From IMG/VR virus record IMGVR_UViG_3300013232_000154: a stretch of 20,000 nucleotides of DNA. The stretch is one strand, 5' to 3'. The position numbers and the translations under genes were made by a program. The notes under the pieces were generated by a model that worked only from the letters and a program-made list of their open reading frames with translations, did not search any database and had not been told where the DNA came from. Origin of the DNA: an uncultured virus (IMG/VR IMGVR_UViG_3300013232_000154) (lineage: Duplodnaviria; Heunggongvirae; Uroviricota; Caudoviricetes). Each line of letters begins with the position of its first letter. Within the stretch, counting starts at the first letter, position 1. This document shows positions 14,170 through 20,000 of the stretch, piece after piece.

Positions 14170-16848
14170 ATGAAAGCTTACAAGGTCAAGGACGTCCCCG
14201 TCGGGTCGTTGTTCTCCCTCGCTGATCCAGAAGTTTTCGCTTCCAAAGATGGTCCACCAATCTACCTCCGCATCGAGAAGACCAAGTCCCTCGTCGATGA
14301 ATGGAACAAGAACTTTAACCAGAACTCAAGCGACTGGATCAGGGAAGGCGAGGAACTGAGCCTCAGCGAGAGCGGGTACTTGTGCAAGTGGAACCTCGAC
14401 CTGAACTGCTACCTCCGCGCCAAAGAACCCCATGACCCGCGCCCGAAACAGTACTGGGACGCCTTCGAGAAGCGCTACGAAGCATGTCTCGCGCCGAGCC
14501 GAGGCTCGGCAATCAAACGCAAGGACATCAAGAGCGGCCAAGTCTTCAGACGCTTCAACCCCAGCTTTTACATCGGCATGCTATACATGGCCATCGAACG
14601 AAACCAAGACACGCTCAACTACTTCAAGCAGCAAGGTAGCTTCGACGAGGGCTTATTGTTCATGCTCGATGACAAAGGATGGTGCTGGAACTGTAGCCCC
14701 AATGACCTCGTCGTCCCCGTCGATGACCATGACCATACCCTCGCCGACAAGTTCGTCGGCGCCTACAGAAATAACATCGCTGGCAAGGAAGGATTCCTTA
14801 ACATCCCCTTGTTCTGCTCCGACGAAGATCTACGAACGAAACAACGCCGCAAGGACATCAAAAGCGGCCAGTTCTTCACGGACTATCCTTGCAACCGAGG
14901 CGTGTATCTCGCCGTCGAACGCAACGCGGATACCGAGTTCTTCTTCATGAAAAGCCACGACGCGGCACCCTCATTCCTCAGCGCAGATCAAATGCTCTGC
15001 ATCTCTTCGGACGCACGCATGCTCACGACACACAAAGAATCCTTCGTGACTCTGGCCGAAGACAACCCGTCCCTCAGAGACCAACTCGCCTCCATCTACT
15101 CCGACGCCCTGAAGGAGTACTGCGCAGACGCCAAAAAGGAACCCGCTGGCCTCCCGCTCTTCTTCACGGAGCCAGTTTTCTACAGCCCACTCCTCGGAAT
15201 GAACCATGTTCGTACCTTGCCGCCGAAGGGGACGGACAAACAAGCATTCGTCGAGGCGAAGTTCTGCAACCCCTTGACCGTTCCACAGCACGCTTCCGTT
15301 GCGTACAGGCAAGCTTTCGCTGAGGCCATACCCCCTCGAACACTGGTCACCCACTACCCGAAACAAGCGGATGACAACAACCTCGTCTTCCTGACCATCG
15401 AACGAAACGCGTCCTCGGAAAAAGCATACTTCTTGTCACATGGACATTCCAAGCCGAAAGACATTCACGGCATGCTGTTCTGCCTCGATCGCAACGGCGA
15501 CGTCTTCCCGCTTAACCCACAAGACAAGCTTTACATCCTCCCCGACGACGCCCGCAAGCAGTCGTACATCGACGCGTACTGCGATCGCTACGCCAACCGC
15601 GTCCAAAACGAAGGGTCCATGATCAAATACCTCGTCCCGGGAACGTTCTTCGCAGACACGAAGCCTGGCGGAGACTCCTACCTCGCCATCCCACGCTCGA
15701 AAGAAAACGACGGGGACTTCCACAAATACTACCCCAACGCGGTCGAGCTGAGAGAAGACGAGGTCATCGCCATCAACAAGTTCGGATCTCCTGTCAGATA
15801 CAGCGGATCCAAAGACGTCGTGATCCTCGTCATGCAAAGCGCGGAAAGCAATAAGCTCACGACCGAATACCTCACCGCCTACTACAGGAAGTTCGCCCAC
15901 GTCCCGGATGGCCTCAAGGCCTGCGCAAACAAGTGCTACGAAATCATCGAAAGAGAAGACTGTGCCATGGCCCGAGCCGCCCATGCCCATCTCCAGCCCG
16001 TCTCCATACGCTTCGGACCCGAACTCTCCATCGTTAAGGACGATCCAGCAGACGAACTCCCGCAAATTGTCCGACGCAGAGACATCCCCGTAGGCTCGTT
16101 CTTCAGCTTCGAGAAAAATGGCGACCGCTTGCTGGCCATCGACAGCACGCCAATATGCGAAAAAGTTCTTGGCATGAAACTCGGCCAAGGACGCCTCCCT
16201 TACCTGAGCATATTCGGCGGCGTCTGCTGGTGCGAAGACGTCAAATGGGTCTGGCCTCGCGGAGAGGATTCCCCACTCGCCATCAAGTTGGCAATGGCTT
16301 GGGTTGTCGCCGCTAAGGATTTGATTGCCGATAAGAATTGGACTGCCGCCTCTGCCACGGGAGTAAGCATCCCCGCCAGCGAGATCGCCAAGTCCCTCGA
16401 AATCGTCAAAGCCGCAGACCACGTCGTCAGCGTCAAAGGACATTTCACGGGCTTCAAGGTCCAACCTCCAGCAAATGACCTCGACGCCACCCAGCGCCTC
16501 TACCAAGACCAGCGCGACTACTTCAAGCGCGAGGAACAGAAGGCCAAGGACGAAGCCATCCGCCGCGTCCAAGAACAACTCGCCACGTTCATTCCAGACA
16601 AGCGACTGGCGACCGACTGCAAGGGAGAGGATAACCGCAATAAGGAACTCGTCTGCGCCAAAGGATGCCTCTTCAACTCGTTCCATAACGCCGAATGCGC
16701 AGCCCGCTCCCTCTCCGAACTCGACAAGCACGGCTGGGGCAACGTCTCGCGGGAAGAGGAACAAGATGTCCGCTCGGCCATCACCGAACTCCAGACGTTC
16801 CTCAAGAAGTGGAAGAAGAAACACGGGAACGTCGTCAAACGGGACTAA
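14170..16848 (+). CDS. Large hypothetical protein (892 aa) with six diverged internal repeats
   Basis: Long ORF with its own promoter and SD. Repeated unit (R/K)D(I/V)..G..F...YL.IER. Confidence 0.9.
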   Translation: MKAYKVKDVPVGSLFSLADPEVFASKDGPPIYLRIEKTKSLVDEWNKNFNQNSSDWIREGEELSLSESGYLCKWNLDLNCYLRAKEPHDPRPKQYWDAFEKRYEACLAPSRGSAIKRKDIKSGQVFRRFNPSFYIGMLYMAIERNQDTLNYFKQQGSFDEGLLFMLDDKGWCWNCSPNDLVVPVDDHDHTLADKFVGAYRNNIAGKEGFLNIPLFCSDEDLRTKQRRKDIKSGQFFTDYPCNRGVYLAVERNADTEFFFMKSHDAAPSFLSADQMLCISSDARMLTTHKESFVTLAEDNPSLRDQLASIYSDALKEYCADAKKEPAGLPLFFTEPVFYSPLLGMNHVRTLPPKGTDKQAFVEAKFCNPLTVPQHASVAYRQAFAEAIPPRTLVTHYPKQADDNNLVFLTIERNASSEKAYFLSHGHSKPKDIHGMLFCLDRNGDVFPLNPQDKLYILPDDARKQSYIDAYCDRYANRVQNEGSMIKYLVPGTFFADTKPGGDSYLAIPRSKENDGDFHKYYPNAVELREDEVIAINKFGSPVRYSGSKDVVILVMQSAESNKLTTEYLTAYYRKFAHVPDGLKACANKCYEIIEREDCAMARAAHAHLQPVSIRFGPELSIVKDDPADELPQIVRRRDIPVGSFFSFEKNGDRLLAIDSTPICEKVLGMKLGQGRLPYLSIFGGVCWCEDVKWVWPRGEDSPLAIKLAMAWVVAAKDLIADKNWTAASATGVSIPASEIAKSLEIVKAADHVVSVKGHFTGFKVQPPANDLDATQRLYQDQRDYFKREEQKAKDEAIRRVQEQLATFIPDKRLATDCKGEDNRNKELVCAKGCLFNSFHNAECAARSLSELDKHGWGNVSREEEQDVRSAITELQTFLKKWKKKHGNVVKRD

Positions 16849-16851
16849 CAG

Positions 16852-17196
16852 ATGAAGATCAGCGAAGATAAGGTTCCATCCACCGTCATGGAAGCCGTTG
16901 ACATGGTCGTCAACAGCCTATGCGCCACCGAGAAGTACCATATTCTCAACGATCCACACCCAAGCTACCACCATGGCGCTGGTCGATTCGTCCGCAACGC
17001 GTGGCGGTTATGGGAGTCTGGTTGCCCTCTCGTCAAGGACGCCAAGGCTACCTACCAGATATCCCACGCAGACGACATCTCGGGACTCATCTTCGAATGG
17101 GCCTTCGCCAAAATTCGCGGAGAACCATTCGACCCACACGAACACGTCAAAATCTACCACGAACACTGGAAAAAGATGTCCAACCAAGAAGGATAA
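16852..17196 (+). CDS. DUF6794-like protein (114 aa)
   Basis: HHGAGRFVRNAWRLW...I.HADDISGLI fits the H..G..IRN.W.LW...HPDDMS pattern of DUF6794. Confidence 0.72.
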   Translation: MKISEDKVPSTVMEAVDMVVNSLCATEKYHILNDPHPSYHHGAGRFVRNAWRLWESGCPLVKDAKATYQISHADDISGLIFEWAFAKIRGEPFDPHEHVKIYHEHWKKMSNQEG

Positions 17197-17262
17197 CCAT
17201 GAACAAGTTCCAAGTCGCGGATCCAGGTCCCAGTACGCTGAAGCCATCCTCAAATGCCAGTG

Positions 17263-17292
17263 GGAAGACCTGGATAAACGGAGATGACCATG
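17263..17292 (+). repeat. 30-bp imperfect direct repeat, copy 1 (stop + SD + start cassette)
   Basis: GGAAGACCTGGATAAACGGAGATGACCATG is 26/30 identical to 17745-17774. Confidence 0.8.
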
Positions 17293-17769
17293 AAAAAGAA
17301 AATGGGAATACCACCCATCGGCTTCATCCCCCATCACAATTCCGCCACTGGCGAGAACACATGGGTCGACCCGAAAAAACTTGCCCCGAAACCACCCGTG
17401 TCCACGCTCTCGGCGCGGCAAGTGAAACGCATCAAAGACTACAAGTGGGTCCTCGGAGATGCAGACCAAGCCACCCTCGAGGAAACCATTGAGAACTTTC
17501 AACGAGATCCCAACCCAGAGGTCGAGATCAGGGTGTGGGAATGCATATCCGAGGTCTACCTGAGAGAACTCGACCTATTGCGTGACTCAACGCTCCGCCA
17601 GCGCATCATAGTCTGCAAGTCCATAGTCCTGGCCGCCCTGGGGATGTCCGAACGCCAGATCATTTCCAGCATGCCTCAGGCCAAAGAGTTCCGTCGCTTG
17701 CCTAACGTCATCAAAACATACCAAAGATTGAACAGAAAAAGTTTGGAAGACATGGGCCAACGGAGATGA
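17290..17769 (+). CDS. Hypothetical protein (159 aa)
   Basis: GGAG SD 6 nt before ATG 17290 (alternative start 17284). Motif IENFQRD.NPE.EI.VWE.I...Y. Confidence 0.8.
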   Translation: MKKKMGIPPIGFIPHHNSATGENTWVDPKKLAPKPPVSTLSARQVKRIKDYKWVLGDADQATLEETIENFQRDPNPEVEIRVWECISEVYLRELDLLRDSTLRQRIIVCKSIVLAALGMSERQIISSMPQAKEFRRLPNVIKTYQRLNRKSLEDMGQRR

Positions 17770-17774
17770 CCATG
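17745..17774 (+). repeat. 30-bp imperfect direct repeat, copy 2
   Basis: GGAAGACATGGGCCAACGGAGATGACCATG. The last 16 nt are identical to copy 1. Confidence 0.8.
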
Positions 17775-18032
17775 CTAAACGAATACGGCGTCGAGACTTG
17801 CGGCGAGAAGTTCAACGACTGCTACAAGGAAGTCATCGAATTGTGCGGCCACCTGAGCAAGGACAGAGACAAAGCCCTCGAAATGCTCAACGATCTCCAA
17901 AAGAACGATCCCAAAACCTTCAAGCTCACCATGCTGATCTACTCGTTGTTCTACGGCTACCTAGAGTCCCCAGATCACGTCATCGACCCCGCTTGCATCG
18001 CAACCCTCCTGCTGAGGCATAAACCCAAGTGA
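17772..18032 (+). CDS. Hypothetical protein (86 aa)
   Basis: GGAG SD 6 nt before ATG 17772 (alternative start 17766). GTGA overlap with the next gene. Confidence 0.75.
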   Translation: MLNEYGVETCGEKFNDCYKEVIELCGHLSKDRDKALEMLNDLQKNDPKTFKLTMLIYSLFYGYLESPDHVIDPACIATLLLRHKPK

Positions 18033-18313
18033 AGAAGCCCAAGAAATACTTTGATTGGGTGGAGTTCGACGAGGCCGTCGAGTTCTTCAGAAGGCGCTTC
18101 GCTGGCAAGGACGTTAAGATCTCTCCTTGCGGGTTCGCCTTCCGCGTCGCCAGGGATCTTGATGACTGGAAAACCATCCAGTACATGGTGCTGAGGGACA
18201 AGAAAGGCTGGACCATCTGGGAACTCATGCCCAATGGCGATAAGCCATCAGGAACGTTCCACTCATACAAGCAAACAGCAAAAATCCTCGAACAAAGGAT
18301 TTTGGCCAACTGA
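18029..18313 (+). CDS. Hypothetical protein (94 aa)
   Basis: GTG start overlapping the previous stop. Fills the gap. Confidence 0.7.
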   Translation: MKKPKKYFDWVEFDEAVEFFRRRFAGKDVKISPCGFAFRVARDLDDWKTIQYMVLRDKKGWTIWELMPNGDKPSGTFHSYKQTAKILEQRILAN

Positions 18314-18324
18314 AAGGACCAAGC

Positions 18325-18855
18325 ATGAACTGGTCAAACTTCATCGACTGCTTCCCAAGCTACCACAGAGACGACATAGAATTCCTGCGAGATATCGTCA
18401 TGAACGAACACCATTCAGGCGAACGTTCCTCTAAAGTCGTCCCAGACCATTGCGACTGCCCAGCTTGCAAAGCCCTCAAAACCTTCGCCAACCTCTCCGC
18501 TTACCACTTCCAGGAAAAGATCAATAACCATAAGTTCGGAACCGTCAAGCCAGAGGAATGGCTCCGAGCCTCGGATGGCCAAATCCGCGAGTGGGTCGCG
18601 AACAGAACCGTCTTTAGAACCGATAGGCTCTATACCTTCTCGTTCTGCATCTGCGTCTCAGAGATCGGCGGACAGTTCTGCCTGTTCCTGATCCCACAGA
18701 TCCCCATGGGCCAATTCGACTTCGATGGCTTCATCTTCGGTTTTGATACCGACGCGGAAAGGGAAAACTTCCGCCAACAACTCAGAAACCAGCTAACCTC
18801 CTTCGGCTACACCATCAGCAAAGACGAAGAGTACTGGCTCCCCAAAGTCAGATAA
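18325..18855 (+). CDS. Hypothetical protein (176 aa; HH and CDCPAC motifs)
   Basis: GAAAGGA SD. Possible metal-binding motif. Confidence 0.8.
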   Translation: MNWSNFIDCFPSYHRDDIEFLRDIVMNEHHSGERSSKVVPDHCDCPACKALKTFANLSAYHFQEKINNHKFGTVKPEEWLRASDGQIREWVANRTVFRTDRLYTFSFCICVSEIGGQFCLFLIPQIPMGQFDFDGFIFGFDTDAERENFRQQLRNQLTSFGYTISKDEEYWLPKVR

Positions 18856-18874
18856 CCCCAGAAAGGACAACCAC

Positions 18875-19258
18875 ATGATCACCCCGGACGTCGCCAGAGA
18901 CCTCTCCAAAACCGCCATCAACGGCTACAAGGAAAGCTTCGACGACAAGATCGAAAACGAGGTCTCCAAACTCATCCGCAGACAAGCCAACGTCGGCCTC
19001 TTCGAATGCGAGTTCACCGCAGAAAGCCTCTCCATCCCAAACTTCAGCCCACACCTCGAACTCTTCGACCAACTCCTAAAGGCCAAACTCACGGGCTTCT
19101 ACGTCAGACGCTCCATGAGAGATAAGTGGATCGTCTCATGGCAACCCAATGGCCAGTCAGACCAGCCTTGCCGCTGCTGCGGTAAACATCACAAGAAACC
19201 AACCTTCGCAGACCTCTTGACCCCATTTAACCCGTTGCCCCCCTTACCCAAATCCTAG
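18875..19258 (+). CDS. Hypothetical protein (127 aa), likely paralogue of 12809..13105 with an extra CRCCGKHH tail
   Basis: GAAAGGA SD. Pattern MI...A......IE..V...I......G.F...F...GF.V....VSW. Confidence 0.8.
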   Translation: MITPDVARDLSKTAINGYKESFDDKIENEVSKLIRRQANVGLFECEFTAESLSIPNFSPHLELFDQLLKAKLTGFYVRRSMRDKWIVSWQPNGQSDQPCRCCGKHHKKPTFADLLTPFNPLPPLPKS

Positions 19259-19263
19259 CCCCA

Positions 19264-19294
19264 CCAGGCCGTTTTCGGCACGAAAACGGCCTGG
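19264..19294. repeat. Perfect 14-bp inverted repeat with a 3-nt loop (hairpin/cruciform)
   Basis: CCAGGCCGTTTTCG-GCA-CGAAAACGGCCTGG. Intergenic, with no U-tract directly adjacent on either strand. Confidence 0.85.
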
Positions 19295-19306
19295 GTCACC
19301 ATTTTC

Positions 19307-19765
19307 ATGGAAAAGACCCCACAAATGCGCCACAAAGCGAAAAGAAGGGCAAAGCTCACGCTCGACGAAGCGCCCACACCATCCCCGCGCAACCACTGGA
19401 GGGCAGCGCTCAGCGACCACAAGACGACCGTCATACCCCTCCGCCTCGTCGCCGTCGATAATGGCATCATCCCAGTCGTCAAGTGGCTCAACTCCTTCAA
19501 CGATACCTTCACCCTATACAGTTGCCAAGGTGACGCCGATCACCGCCCCATGATCGCCTTCTTCTGCCGATGGAAATACGTCCTAAACATAATCAAGCAC
19601 GAGATTTCCGTTGTTAACGGAAAGATCGAGCGCTGGGACAAACACCCGAACGTCATCATGCGAATGCTCGTGATCGACTTCCCGTCCACGAAGAACCTCG
19701 CCAAGTTCAAGAAACATCTCCGTTCCAAGAGAAAATCGCATAAGCCCGCATGGCATTACCCCTAG
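19307..19765 (+). CDS. Hypothetical protein (152 aa) with a TYW3-like N-terminal motif
   Basis: VDNGIIPVVKWLNS...FTLYSCQG resembles the D..I..L...IN....T.SSC.G motif of TYW3. The start is uncertain because there is no SD. Confidence 0.65.
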   Translation: MEKTPQMRHKAKRRAKLTLDEAPTPSPRNHWRAALSDHKTTVIPLRLVAVDNGIIPVVKWLNSFNDTFTLYSCQGDADHRPMIAFFCRWKYVLNIIKHEISVVNGKIERWDKHPNVIMRMLVIDFPSTKNLAKFKKHLRSKRKSHKPAWHYP

Positions 19766-20000
19766 TATACCCTGTTTTTCGATGGGGGTGGGTCGGATGG
19801 TACCTAAACATGACACCCCGGGGTGGGGGGGCTCCCGCCAGAACCGCCCATGCCATGCTTGTTCGTGCAAGTACTTTCGTGTCAATGGTTTAGATCGTAC
19901 CGCCGCTATCGAGACGAAGCGATTGCAGGGGGTTCCCCCTGATTCACTTTTGGGAATATGGTACCTAAAAACCAAACGGGAGGGGGTGGTGGGGGAGGCG
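19766..20000. repeat. G-rich non-coding region with direct and inverted repeats
   Basis: ATGGTACCTAAA at 19797-19808 and 19958-19969, each followed by G-runs. Palindrome CACCCCGGGGTG (19814-19825). Inverted repeat CAGGGGG-TT-CCCCCTG (19926-19941). Confidence 0.7.

Noticed and set aside
15436..16824. 462-aa minus-strand ORF (and similar long antisense ORFs at 9865-10404 and 12328-12945)
   Set aside because: These are antisense to well-supported genes and expected from biased codon usage. They have no motifs or start signals.
17199..17492. Overlapping ORF from ATG 17199 (97 aa)
   Set aside because: It has an SD but overlaps the 17290 gene by about 200 nt with low-complexity translation. Treated as a possible remnant, not a gene.
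19866..19895. dif/Xer-like site (CAAGTACTTTCGTGTCAATGGTTTAG)
   Set aside because: Only weak dyad symmetry and a single copy, so it cannot be supported.
1..20000. Stop-codon reassignment, as in some huge phages
   Set aside because: Genes tile densely under code 11, and TAA, TAG and TGA all terminate well-supported genes.
1..20000. CRISPR array, tRNA, DGR/retron, integrase or transposase
   Set aside because: No regularly spaced repeats, cloverleaf, reverse-transcriptase or recombinase motifs were seen by eye.

Overview
Dense, gene-packed segment that most likely comes from a large (jumbo/huge) bacteriophage genome using the standard genetic code (TAA, TAG and TGA all act as stops). About 26 + strand genes are mostly short, often coupled (ATGA/GTGA/TAATG overlaps) and mostly have Shine-Dalgarno sites. 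They are driven by seven sigma70-like promoters with an invariant 16-bp spacer (TTGACn/TTGCAC-N16-TAnnnT). Domains recognisable by eye are a Lar restriction-alleviation zinc ribbon, an ASCH/PUA-like phage protein, stand-alone DUF262, nucleoside 2-deoxyribosyltransferase, radical SAM/SPASM, YubB/DUF1281-like, ParB-like, S1-like OB-fold, XRE HTH, DUF6794 and a TYW3-like motif. There is also an 892-aa protein with six internal repeats. Two isolated minus-strand genes share a different upstream motif that may be a phage-specific (late) promoter: an ADP-ribosyltransferase (ART-PolyVal-like) that is absent from the ORF track because it runs off the left edge, and a 784-aa protein. The best candidate 'system' is a coupled ParB-like/wHTH-like/S1-like operon whose promoter spacer holds a 19-bp palindrome. 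The window ends in a G-rich non-coding region with direct and inverted repeats. No tRNA, rRNA, CRISPR array, integrase or transposase was seen. All family calls are by motif recognition, not database search.
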